The position numbers and the translations under genes were made by a program. The notes beneath the pieces were generated by a model. The model was not told the DNA's origin. It made no database searches and was given only the letters and a program-made list of their open reading frames with translations. Below are positions 25,801 through 40,800 of a DNA stretch of 64,000 nt, piece after piece. Numbering within the stretch: the stretch's first letter is position 1; every line of letters begins with the position of its first letter. This DNA is from Eledone cirrhosa (Eukaryota): the NCBI GenBank assembly GCA_964016885.1, contig OZ024742.1, forward strand, positions 169,570,001 to 169,634,000, given 5' to 3'.

Positions 25801-28800
25801 ACCAGCATTAACACTTTACAGAGTGTGCAAGGTGTATTTATCATGGCACGATCACTAACACTCTACAGGGTGTACAAGGTGTATTTATCATGGCACCATC
25901 ACTAACACTCTACAGGGTGTAAAAGGTGTATTTATCATGGCACCATCACTAACACTTTACAGGGTGTACAAGGTGTATTTATCATGGCACCATCACTAAC
26001 ACTCTACAGGGTGTACAAGGTGTATTTATCATGGCACCATCACTAACACTCTACAGGGTGTACAAGGTGTATTTATCATAACACCAGCATTAACACTTTA
26101 CACAGTGTACAAGGTGTATTTATCATGGCACCATCACTAACACTCTACAGGGTGTAAAAGGTGTATTTATCATGGCAGCATCACTAACACTTTACAGGGT
26201 GTACAAGGTGTATTTATCATGGCACCATCACTAACACTCTACAGGGGGTACAAGGTGTATTTATCATGGCACCATCACTAACACTCTACAGGGTGTACAA
26301 GGTGTATTTATCATGGCACCATCACTAACACTTTACAGAGTGTACAAGGTATATTTATCATGGCACCATCACTAACACTCTACAGGGTGTACAAGGTGTA
26401 TTTATCATGGCACCATCACTAACACTCTACAGGGTGTACGAGGTGTATTTATCATGGCACCATCACTAACACTTTACAGAGTGTACAAGGTGTATTTATC
26501 ATGGCACCATCACTAACACTCTACAGGGTGTACAAGGTGTATTTATCATGGCACCAGCATTAACAGTCTACATGGTGTACAAGGTGTATTTATCATGGCA
26601 CCATCACTAACACTCTACAGGGTGTACAAGGTGTATTTATCATGGCACCATCACTAACACTCTACAGGGTGTACAAGGTGTATTTATCATAACACCAGAA
26701 TTAACACTTTACAGAGTGTACAAGGTGTATTTATCATGGCACCATCACTAACACTCTACAGGGTGTACAAGGTGTATTTATCATGGCACCATCACTAACA
26801 CTCTACAGAGTGTACAAGGTGTATTTATCATGGCACCATCACTAACACTCTACAGGGTGTACAAGGTGTATTTATCATAACACCAGCATTAACACTTTAC
26901 AGAGTGTATTTATCATGGCACCATCACTAACACTCTACAGGGTGTACAAGGTGTATTTATCATGGCACCATCACTAACACTCTACAGGGTGTACAAGGTG
27001 TATTTATCATGGCACCATCACTAACACTTTACAGAGTGTACAAGGTGTATTTATCATGGCACCATCACTAACACTCTACAGGGTGTACAAGGTGTATTTA
27101 TCATGGCACCAGCATTAACACTCTACAGGGTGTACAAGGTGTATTTATCATGGCACCATCACCAACACTCTACAGGGTGTACAAGGTGTATTTATCATAA
27201 CACCAGCATTAACACTTTACAGAGTGTACAAGGTGTATTTATCATGGCACCATCACTAACACTCTACAGGGTGTACAAGGTGTATTTATCATGGCACCAT
27301 CACTAACACTCTACAGGGTGTACAAGGTGTATTTATCATGGCACCATCACTAACACTTTACAGAGTGTACAAGGTGTATTTATCATGGCACCATCACTAA
27401 CACTCTACAGGGTGTATAAGGTGTATTTATCATGGCACCATCACTAACACTCTACAGGGTGCACAAGGTATATTTATCACAACACCAGCATTAACACTTT
27501 ACAGAGTGTACAAGGTGTAGTTATCATGGCACCATCACTAACACTACAGGGTGTACAAGGTGTATTTATCATGGCACCATCACTAACACTCTACAGGGTG
27601 TACAAGGTGTATTTATCATGGCACCATCACTAACACTCTACAGGGTGTACAAGGTGTATTTATCATGGCACCATCACTAACACTTTACAGAGTGTACAAG
27701 GTGTATTTATCATGGCACCATCACTAACACTCTACAGGGTGTACAAGGTGTATTTATCATGGCACCAGCATTAACACTCTACAGGGTGTACAAGGTGTAT
27801 TTATCATGGCACCATCACTAACACTCTACAGGGTGTACAAGGTGTATTTATCATGGCACCATCACTAACACTTCACAAGGTGTACTGGCTGTATTTATCA
27901 TGGCACCATCACTAACACTCTACAGGGTGTACAAGGTGTATTTATTATGGCACCATCACTAACACTCTACAGGGTGTACAAGGTGTATTTATCATGGCAC
28001 CATCACTAACACTCTACAGGGTGTACAAGGTGTATTTATCATGGCACCATCACTAACACTCTACAGGGTGTACAAGGTGTATTTATCATGGCACCATCAC
28101 TAACAATCTACAGGGTGTATAAGGTGTATTTATCATGGCACCATCACTAACTCTCTACAGGGTGTACAAGGTGTATTTATCATAACACCAGCATTAACAC
28201 TTTACAGAGTGTACAAGGTGTAGTTATCATGGCACCATCACTAACACTACAGGGTGTACAAGGTGTATTTATCATGGCACCATCACTAACACTCTACTGG
28301 GTGTACAAGGTGTATTTATCATGGCACCATCACTAACACTCTACAGGATGTACAAGGTGTATTTATCATGGCACCATCACTAACACTTTACAGAGTGTAC
28401 AAGGTGTATTTATCATGGCACCATCACTAACACTCTACAGGGTGTACAAGGTGTATTTATCATGGCACCAGCATTAACACTCTACAGGGTGTACAAGGTG
28501 TATTTATCATGGCACCATCACTAACACTCTACAGGGTGTACAAGGTGTATTTATCATGGCACCATCACTAACACTTCACAAGGTGTACTGGCTGTATTTA
28601 TCATGGCACCATCACTAACACTCTACAGGGTGTACAAGGTGTATTTATTATGGCACCATCACTAACACTCTACAGGGTGTACAAGGTGTATTTATCATGG
28701 CACCATCACTAACACTTCACAAGGTGTACTGGCTGTATTTATCATGGCACCATCACTAACACTCTACAGGGTGTACAAGGTGTATTTATCATGGCACCAT

Positions 28801-31800
28801 CACTAACACTCTACAGGGTGTACAAGGTGTATTTATCATAACACCAGCATTAACACTTTACAGAGTGTACAAGGTGTATTTATCATGGCACCATCACTAA
28901 CACTTTACAGGGTGTACAAGGTGTATTTATCATGGCACCATCACTAACACTCTACAGGGTGTACAAGGTGTATTTATCATGGCACCATCACTAACACTCT
29001 ACAGGGTGTACAAGGTGTATTTATCATGGCACCATCACTAACACTCTACAGGGTGTACAAGGTGTGTTTAACATAACACCAGCATTAACACTTTACAGAG
29101 TGTACAAGGTGTATTTATCATGGCACCATCACTAACACTTTACAGAGTGTACAAGGTGTATTTATCATGGCACCATCACTAACGCTACAGGGTGTACAAG
29201 GTGTATTTATCATGGCACCATTACTAACACTCTACAGGGTCTACAAGTTGTATTTATCATGGCACCATCACTAACACTCTACAGGGTGTACAAGGTGTAT
29301 TTATCATAACACCAGCATTAACACTTTACAGAGTGTACAAGGTGTATTTATCATGGCACCATCACTAACACTTTACAGGGTGTACAAGGTGTATTTATCA
29401 TGGCACCATCACTAACACTCTACAGGGTGTACAAGGCGTATTTATCATGGCACCATCACTAACACTTTACAGGGTGTACAAGGTGTATTTATCATGGCAC
29501 CATCACTAACATTTTACACAGTGTACAAGGTGTATTCATCATGGCACCATCACTAACACTCTACAGGGTGTACAAGGTGTATTTATCATGGCACCAGCAT
29601 TCATACTCTACAGGGTGTACAAGGTGTATTTATCATGGCACCATCACTAACACTCTACAGGGTGTACAAGGTGTATTTATCTTGGCACCATCACTAACAC
29701 TCTACAGGGTGTACAAGGTGTATTTATCATGGCACCATCACTAACACTCTACAGGGTGTACAAGGTGTATTTATCATGGCACCATCACTAACACTTTACA
29801 GAGTGTACAAGGTGTATTTATCATGGCACCATCACTAACACTCTACAGGGTGTACAAGGTGTATTTATCATGGCACCAGCATTAACACTCTACAGGGTGT
29901 ACAAGGTGTATTTATCATGGCACCATCACTAACACTCTACAGGGTGTACAAGGTGTATTTATCATGGCACCATCACTAACACTTCACAAGGTGTACTGGC
30001 TGTATTTATCATGGCACCATCACTAACACTCTACAGGGTGTACAAGGTGTATTTATTATGGCACCATCACTAACACTCTACAGGGTGTACAAGGTGTATT
30101 TATCATGGCACCATCACTAACACTCTACAGGGTGTACAAGGTGTATTTATCATGGCACCATCACTAACACTCTACAGGGTGTACAAGGTGTATTTATCAT
30201 GGCACCATCACTAACAATCTACAGGGTGTATAAGGTGTATTTATCATGGCACCATCACTAACTCTCTACAGGGTGTACAAGGTGTATTTATCATAACACC
30301 AGCATTAACACTTTACAGAGTGTACAAGGTGTAGTTATCATGGCACCATCACTAACACTACAGGGTGTACAAGGTGTATTTATCATGGCACCATCACTAA
30401 CACTCTACTGGGTGTACAAGGTGTATTTATCATGGCACCATCACTAACACTCTACAGGATGTACAAGGTGTATTTATCATGGCACCATCACTAACACTTT
30501 ACAGAGTGTACAAGGTGTATTTATCATGGCACCATCACTAACACTCTACAGGGTGTACAAGGTGTATTTATCATGGCACCAGCATTAACACTCTACAGGG
30601 TGTACAAGGTGTATTTATCATGGCACCATCACTAACACTCTACAGGGTGTACAAGGTGTATTTATCATGGCACCATCACTAACACTTCACAAGGTGTACT
30701 GGCTGTATTTATCATGGCACCATCACTAACACTCTACAGGGTGTACAAGGTGTATTTATTATGGCACCATCACTAACACTCTACAGGGTGTACAAGGTGT
30801 ATTTATCATGGCACCATCACTAACACTTCACAAGGTGTACTGGCTGTATTTATCATGGCACCATCACTAACACTCTACAGGGTGTACAAGGTGTATTTAT
30901 CATGGCACCATCACTAACACTCTACAGGGTGTACAAGGTGTATTTATCATAACACCAGCATTAACACTTTACAGAGTGTACAAGGTGTATTTATCATGGC
31001 ACCATCACTAACACTTTACAGGGTGTACAAGGTGTATTTATCATGGCACCATCACTAACACTCTACAGGGTGTACAAGGTGTATTTATCATGGCACCATC
31101 ACTAACACTCTACAGGGTGTACAAGGTGTATTTATCATGGCACCATCACTAACACTCTACAGGGTGTACAAGGTGTGTTTAACATAACACCAGCATTAAC
31201 ACTTTACAGAGTGTACAAGGTGTATTTATCATGGCACCATCACTAACACTTTACAGAGTGTACAAGGTGTATTTATCATGGCACCATCACTAACACTACA
31301 GGGTGTACAAGGTGTACTTATCATGGCACCATTACTAACACTCTACAGGGTCTACAAGTTGTATTTATCATGGCACCATCACTAACACTCTACAGGGTGT
31401 ACAAGGTGTATTTATCATAACACCAGCATTAACACTTTACAGAGTGTACAAGGTGTATTTATCATGGCACCATCACTAACACTTTACAGGGTGTACAAGG
31501 TGTATTTATCATGGCACCATCACTAACACTCTACAGGGTGTACAAGGTGTATTTATCATGGCACCATCACTAACACTTTACAGGGTGTACAAGGTGTATT
31601 TATCATGGCACCATCACTAACATTTTACAGAGTGTACAAGGTGTATTCATCATGGCACCATCACTAACACTCTACAGGGTGTACAAGGTGTATTTATCAT
31701 GGCACCAGCATTCATACTCTACAGGGTGTACAAGGTGTATTTATCATGGCACCATCACTAACACTCTACAGGGTGTACAAGGTGTATTTATCTTGGCACC

Positions 31801-34800
31801 ATCACTAACACTCTACAGGGTGTAAAAGGTGTATTTATCATAACACCAGCATTAACACTTTACAGAGTGTACAAGGTGTATTTATCATGGCACGATCACT
31901 AACACTCTACAGGGTGTAAAAGGTGTATTTATCATGGCTCCATCACTAACACTCTACAGGGTGTACAAGGTGTATTTATCATGGCACCATCACTAACACT
32001 CTACAGGGTGTACAAGGTGTATTTATCATAACACCAGCATTAACACTTTACACAGTGTACAAGGTGTATTTATCATGGCACCATCACTAACACTCTACAG
32101 GGTGTACAAGGTGTATTTATCATGGCACCAGCATTCATACTCTACAGGGTGTACAAGGTGTATTTATCATGGCACCATCACTAACATTTTACAGAGTGTA
32201 CAAGGTGTATTCATCATGGCACCATCACTAACACTCTACAGGGTGTACAAGGTGTATTTATCATGGCACCAGCATTCATACTCTACAGGGTGTACAAGGT
32301 GTATTTATCATGGCACCATCACTAACACTCTACAGGGTGTACAAGGTGTATTTATCATGGCACCATCACTAACACTCTACAGGGTGTACAAGGTGTATTT
32401 ATCATAACACCAGCATTAACACTTTACAGAGTGTACAAGGTGTATTTATCATGGCACGATCACTAACACTCTACAGGGTGTAAAAGGTGTATTTATCATG
32501 GCACCATCACTAACACTCTACAGGGTGTACAAGGTGTATTTATCATGGCACCATCACTAACACTCTACAGGGTGTACAAGGTGTATTTATCATAACACCA
32601 GCATTAACACTTTACACAGTGTACAAGGTGTATTTATCATGGCACCATCACTAACACTCTACAGGGTGTAAAAGGTGTATTTATCATGGCACCATCACTA
32701 ACACTCTACAGGGTGTACAAGGTGTATTTATCATGGCACCATCACTAACACTTCACAAGGTGTACTGGCTGTGTTTATCATGGCACCATCACTAACACTC
32801 TACAGGGTGTACAAGGTGTATTTATTATGGCACCATCACTAACACTCTACAGGGTGTACAAGGTGTATTTATCATGGCACCATCACTAACACTCTACAGG
32901 GTGTACAAGGTGTATTTATCATGGCACCATCACTAACACTCTACAGGGTGTACAAGGTGTATTTATCATGGCACCATCACTAACACTCTACAGGGTGTAT
33001 AAGGTGTATTTATCATGGCACCATCACTAACACTCTACAGGGTGTACAAGGTGTATTTATCATAACACCAGCATTAACACTTTACAGAGTGTACAAGGTG
33101 TAGTTATCATGGCACCATCACTAACACTACAGGGTGTACAAGGTGTATTTATCATGGCACCATCACTAACACTCTACAGGGTGTACAAGGTGTATTTATC
33201 ATGGCACCATCACTAACACTCTACAGGGTGTATAAGGTGTATTTATCATGGCACCATCACTAACTCTCTACAGGGTGTACAAGGTGTATTTATCATAACA
33301 CCAGCATTAACGCTTTACAGAGTGTACAAGGTGTAGTTATGATGGCACCATCACTAACACTACAGGGTGTCCAAGGTGTATTTATCATGGCACCATCACT
33401 AACACTCTACAGGGTGTACAAGGTGTATTTATCATGGCACCATCACTAACACTCTACAAGGTGTACAAGGTGTATTTATCATGGCACCATCACTAACACT
33501 TTACAGAGTGTACAAGGTGTATTTATCATGGCACCATCACTAACACTCTACAGGGTGTACAAGGTGTATTTATCATGGCACCAGCATTAACACTCTACAG
33601 GGTGTACAAGGTGTATTTATCATGGCACCATCACTAACATTCTACAGGGTGTACAAGGTGTATTTATCATGGCACCATCACTAACACTTCACAAGGTGTA
33701 CTGGCTGTATTTATCATGGCACCATCACTAACACTCTACAGGGTGTACAAGGTGTATTTATCATGGCACCATCACTAACACTCTACAGGGTGTACAAGGT
33801 GTATTTATCATAACACCAGCATTAACACTTTACAGAGTGTACAAGGTGTATTTATCATGGCACCATCACTAACACTTTACAGGGTGTACAAGGTGTATTT
33901 ATCATGGCACCATCACTAACACTCTACAGGGTGTACAAGGTGTATTTATCATGGCACCATCACTAACACTTCACAAGGTGTACTGGCTGTATTTATCATG
34001 GCACCATCACTAACACTCTACAGGGTGTACAAGGTGTATTTATTATGGCACCATCACTAACACTCTACAGGGTGTACAAGGTGTATTTATCATGGCACCA
34101 TCACTAACACTTCACAAGGTGTACTGGCTGTATTTATCATGGCACCATCACTAACACTCTACAGGGTGTACAAGGTGTATTTATCATGGCACCATCACTA
34201 ACACTCTACAGGGTGTACAAGGTGTATTTATCATAACACCAGCATTAACACTTTACAGAGTGTACAAGGTGTATTTATCATGGCACCATCACTAACACTT
34301 TACAGGGTGTACAAGGTGTATTTATCATGGCACCATCACTAACACTCTACAGGGTGTACAAGGTGTATTTATCATGGCACCATCACTAACACTCTACAGG
34401 GTGTACAAGGTGTATTTATCATGGCACCATCACTAACACTCTACAGGGTGTACAAGGTGTGTTTAACATAACACCAGCATTAACACTTTACAGAGTGTAC
34501 AAGGTGTATTTATCATGGCACCATCACTAACACTTTACAGAGTGTACAAGGTGTATTTATCATGGCACCATCACTAACACTACAGGGTGTACAAGGTGTA
34601 CTTATCATGGCACCATTACTAACACTCTACAGGGTCTACAAGTTGTATTTATCATGGCACCATCACTAACACTCTACAGGGTGTACAAGGTGTATTTATC
34701 ATAACACCAGCATTAACACTTTACAGAGTGTACAAGGTGTATTTATCATGGCACCATCACTAACACTTTACAGGGTGTACAAGGTGTATTTATCATGGCA

Positions 34801-37800
34801 CCATCACTAACACTCTACAGGGTGTACAAGGTGTATTTATCATGGCACCATCACTAACACTTTACAGGGTGTACAAGGTGTATTTATCATGGCACCATCA
34901 CTAACATTTTACAGAGTGTACAAGGTGTATTCATCATGGCACCATCACTAACACTCTACAGGGTGTACAAGGTGTATTTATCATGGCACCAGCATTCATA
35001 CTCTACAGGGTGTACAAGGTGTATTTATCATGGCACCATCACTAACACTCTACAGGGTGTACAAGGTGTATTTATCTTGGCACCATCACTAACACTCTAC
35101 AGGGTGTAAAAGGTGTATTTATCATAACACCAGCATTAACACTTTACAGAGTGTACAAGGTGTATTTATCATGGCACGATCACTAACACTCTACAGGGTG
35201 TAAAAGGTGTATTTATCATGGCTCCATCACTAACACTCTACAGGGTGTACAAGGTGTATTTATCATGGCACCATCACTAACACTCTACAGGGTGTACAAG
35301 GTGTATTTATCATAACACCAGCATTAACACTTTACACAGTGTACAAGGTGTATTTATCATGGCACCATCACTAACACTCTACAGGGTGTACAAGGTGTAT
35401 TTATCATGGCACCAGCATTCATACTCTACAGGGTGTACAAGGTGTATTTATCATGGCACCATCACTAACATTTTACAGAGTGTACAAGGTGTATTCATCA
35501 TGGCACCATCACTAACACTCTACAGGGTGTACAAGGTGTATTTATCATGGCACCAGCATTCATACTCTACAGGGTGTACAAGGTGTATTTATCATGGCAC
35601 CATCACTAACACTCTACAGGGTGTACAAGGTGTATTTATCATGGCACCATCACTAACACTCTACAGGGTGTACAAGGTGTATTTATCATAACACCAGCAT
35701 TAACACTTTACAGAGTGTACAAGGTGTATTTATCATGGCACGATCACTAACACTCTACAGGGTGTAAAAGGTGTATTTATCATGGCACCATCACTAACAC
35801 TCTACAGGGTGTACAAGGTGTATTTATCATGGCACCATCACTAACACTCTACAGGGTGTACAAGGTGTATTTATCATAACACCAGCATTAACACTTTACA
35901 CAGTGTACAAGGTGTATTTATCATGGCACCATCACTAACACTCTACAGGGTGTAAAAGGTGTATTTATCATGGTACCATCACTAACACTCTACAGGGTGT
36001 ACAAGGTGTATTTATCATGGCACCATCACTAACACTTCACAAGGTGTACTGGCTGTGTTTATCATGGCACCATCACTAACACTCTACAGGGTGTACAAGG
36101 TGTATTTATTATGGCACCATCACTAACACTCTACAGGGTGTACAAGGTGTATTTATCATGGCACCATCACTAACACTCTACAGGGTGTACAAGGTGTATT
36201 TATCATGGCACCATCACTAACACTCTACAGGGTGTACAAGGTGTATTTATCATGGCACCATCACTAACACTCTACAGGGTGTATAAGGTGTATTTATCAT
36301 GGCACCATCACTAACACTCTACAGGGTGTACAAGGTGTATTTATCATAACACCAGCATTAACACTTTACAGAGTGTACAAGGTGTAGTTATCATGGCACC
36401 ATCACTAACACTACAGGGTGTACAAGGTGTATTTATCATGGCACCATCACTAACACTCTACAGGGTGTACAAGGTGTATTTATCATGGCACCATCACTAA
36501 CACTCTACAGGGTGTATAAGGTGTATTTATCATGGCACCATCACTAACTCTCTACAGGGTGTACAAGGTGTATTTATCATAACACCAGCATTAACGCTTT
36601 ACAGAGTGTACAAGGTGTAGTTATGATGGCACCATCACTAACACTACAGGGTGTACAAGGTGTATTTATCATGGCACCATCACTAACACTCTACAGGGTG
36701 TACAAGGTGTATTTATCATGGCACCATCACTAACACTCTACAGGGTGTACAAGGTGTATTTATCATGGCACCATCACTAACACTTTACAGAGTGTACAAG
36801 GTGTATTTATCATGGCACCATCACTAACACTCTACAGGGTGTACAAGGTGTATTTATCATGGCACCAGCATTAACACACTACAGGGTGTACAAGGTGTAT
36901 TTATCATGGCACCATCACTAACACTCTACAGGGTGTACAAGGTGTATTTATCATGGCACCATCACTAACACTTCACAAGGTGTACTGGCTGTATTTATCA
37001 TGGCACCATCACTAACACTCTACAGGGTGTACAAGGTGTATTTATCATGGCACCATCACTAACACTTTACAGGGTGTACAAGGTGTATTTATCATGGCAC
37101 CATCACTAACACTCTACAGGGTGTACAAGGTGTATTTATCATGGCACCATCACTAACACTCTACAGGGTGTACAAGGTGTATTTAACATAACACCAGCAT
37201 TAACACTTTACAGAGTGTACAAGGTGTATTTATCATGGCACCATTACTAACACTTTACAGAGTGTACAAGGTGTATTTATCATGGCACCATCACTAACAC
37301 TACAGGGTGTACAAGGTGTATTTATCATGGCACCATCACTAACACTCTACAGGGTCTACAAGTTGTATTTATCATGGCACCATCACTAACACTCTACAGG
37401 GTGTACAAGGTGTATTTATCATAACACCAGCATTAACACTTTAGAGAGTGTACAAGGTGTATTTATCATGGCACCATCACTAACACTTTACAGGGTGTAC
37501 AAGGTGTATTTATCATGGCACCATCACTAACACTCTACAGGGTGTACAAGGTGTATTTATCATGGCACCATCACTAACACTCTACAGGGTGTACAAGGTG
37601 TATTTATCATGGCACCATCACTAACACTTTACAGAGTGTACAAGGTGTATTTATCATGGCACCATCACTAACACTCTACAGGGTGTACAAGGTGTATTTA
37701 TCATGGCACCAGCATTCACACTCTACAGGGTGTACAAGGTGTATTTATCATGGCACCATCACTAACACTCTACAGGGTGTACAAGGTGTATTTATCATGG

Positions 37801-40800
37801 CACCATCACTAACACTCTACAGGGTGTACAAGGTGTATTTATCATAACACCAGCATTAACACTTTACAGAGTGTACAAGGTGTATTTATCATGGCACCAT
37901 CACTAACACTCTACAGGGTGTACAAGGTGTATTTATCATGGCACCATCACTAACACTCTACAGGGTGTACAAGGTGTATTTATCATAACACCAGCATTAA
38001 CACTTTACAGAGTGTACAAGGTGTATTTATCATGGCACGATCACTAACACTCTACAGGGTGTAAAAGGTGTATTTATCATGGCACCATCACTAACACTCT
38101 ACAGGGTGTACAAGGTGTATTTATCATGGCACCATCACTAACACTCTACAGGGTGTACAAGGTGTATTTATCATAACACCAGCATTAACACTTTACACAG
38201 TGTACAAGGTGTATTTATCATGGCACCATCACTAACACTCTACAGGGTGTAAAAGGTGTATTTATCATGGCACCATCACTAACACTTTACAGGGTGTACA
38301 AGGTGTATTTATCATGGCACCATCACTAACACTCTACAGGGGGTACAAGGTGTATTTATCATGGCACCATCACTAACACTCTACAGGGTGTACAAGGTGT
38401 ATTTATCATGGCACCATCACTAACACTTTACAGAGTGTACAAGGTGTATTTATCATGGCACCATCACTAACACTCTACAGGGTGTACAAGGTGTATTTAT
38501 CATGGCACCATCACTAACACTCTACAGGGTGTACAAGGTGTATTTATCATGGCACCATCACTAACACTTTACAGAGTGTACAAGGTGTATTTATCATGGC
38601 ACCATCACTAACACTCTACAGGGTGTACAAGGTGTATTTATCATGGCACCAGCATTCACACTCTACAGGGTGTACAAGGTGTATTGATCATGGCACCATC
38701 ACTAACACTCTACAGGGTGTACAAGGTGTATTTATCATGGCACCATCACTAACACTCTACAGGGTGTACAAGGTGTATTTATCATAACACCAGCATTAAC
38801 ACTTTACAGAGTGTACAAGGTGTATTTATCATGGCACCATCACTAACACTCTACAGGGTGTACAAGGTGTATTTATCATGGCACCATCACTAACACTCTA
38901 CAGGGTGTACAAGGTGTATTTATCATGGCACCATCACTAACACTCTACAGGGTGTACAAGGTGTATTTATCATAACACCAGAATTAACACTTTACAGAGT
39001 GTACAAGGTGTATTTATCATGGCACCATCACTAACACTCTACAGGGTGTACAAGGTGTATTTATCATGGCACCATCACTAACACTCTACAGGGTGTACAA
39101 GGTGTATTTATCATAACACCAGCATTAACACTTTACAGAGTGTACGAGGTGTATTTATCATGGCACGATCACTAACACTATACAGGGTGTAAAAGGTGTA
39201 TTTATCATGGCACCATCACTAACACTCTACAGGGTGTACAAGGTGTATTTATCATGGCACCATCACTAACACTCTACAGGGTGTACAAGGTGTATTTATC
39301 ATAACACCAGCATTAACACTTTACACAGTGTACAAGGTGTATTTATCATGGCACCATCACTAACACTCTACAGGGTGTAAAAGGTGTATTTATCATGGCA
39401 CCATCACTAACACTTTACAGGGTGTACAAGGTGTATTTATCATGGCACCATCACTAACACTCTACAGGGGGTACAAGGTGTATTTATCATGGCACCATCA
39501 CTAACACTCTACAGGGTGTACAAGGTGTATTTATCATGGCACCATCACTAACACTTTACAGAGTGTACAAGGTGTATTTATCATGGCACCATCACTAACA
39601 CTCTACAGGGTGTACAAGGTGTATTTATCATGGCACCATCACTAACACTCTACAGGGTGTACAAGGTGTATTTATCATGGCACCATCACTAACACTTTAC
39701 AGAGTGTACAAGGTGTATTTATCATGGCACCATCACTAACACTCTACAGGGTGTACAAGGTGTATTTATCATGGCACCAGCATTAACACTCTACATGGTG
39801 TACAAGGTGTATTTATCATGGCACCATCACTAACACTCTACAGGGTGTACAAGGTGTATTTATCATGGCACCATCACTAACACTCTACAGGGTGTACAAG
39901 GTGTATTTATCATAACACCAGAATTAACACTTTACAGAGTGTACAAGGTGTATTTATCATGGCACCATCACTAACACTCTACAGGGTGTACAAGGTGTAT
40001 TTATCATGGCACCATCACTAACACTCTACAGAGTGTACAAGGTGTATTTATCATGGCACCATCACTAACACTCTACAGGGTGTACAAGGTGTATTTATCA
40101 TAACACCAGCATTAACACTTTACAGAGTGTATTTATCATGGCACCATCACTAACACTCTACAGGGTGTACAAGGTGTATTTATCATGGCACCATCACTAA
40201 CACTCTACAGGGTGTACAAGGTGTATTTATCATGGCACCATCACTAACACTTTACAGAGTGTATAAGGTGTATTTATCATGGCACCATCACTAACACTCT
40301 ACAGGGTGTACAAGGTGTATTTATCATGGCACCAGCATTAACACTCTACAGGGTGTACAAGGTGTATTTATCATGGCACCATCACCAACACTCTACAGGG
40401 TGTACAAGGTGTATTTATCATAACACCAGCATTAACACTTTACAGAGTGTACAAGGTGTATTTATCATGGCACCATCACTAACACTCTACAGGGTGTACA
40501 AGGTGTATTTATCATGGCACCATCACTAACACTCTACAGGGTGTACAAGGTGTATTTATCATGGCACCATCACTAACACTTTACAGAGTGTACAAGGTGT
40601 ATTTATCGTGGCACCATCACTAACACTCTACAGGGTGTACAAGGTGTATTTATCATGGCACCATCACTAACACTCTACAGGGTGTACAAGGTGTATTTAT
40701 CATAACACCAGCATTAACACTTTACACAGTGTACAAGGTGTATTTATCATGGCACCATCACTAACACTCTACAGGGTGTAAAAGGTGTATTTATCATGGC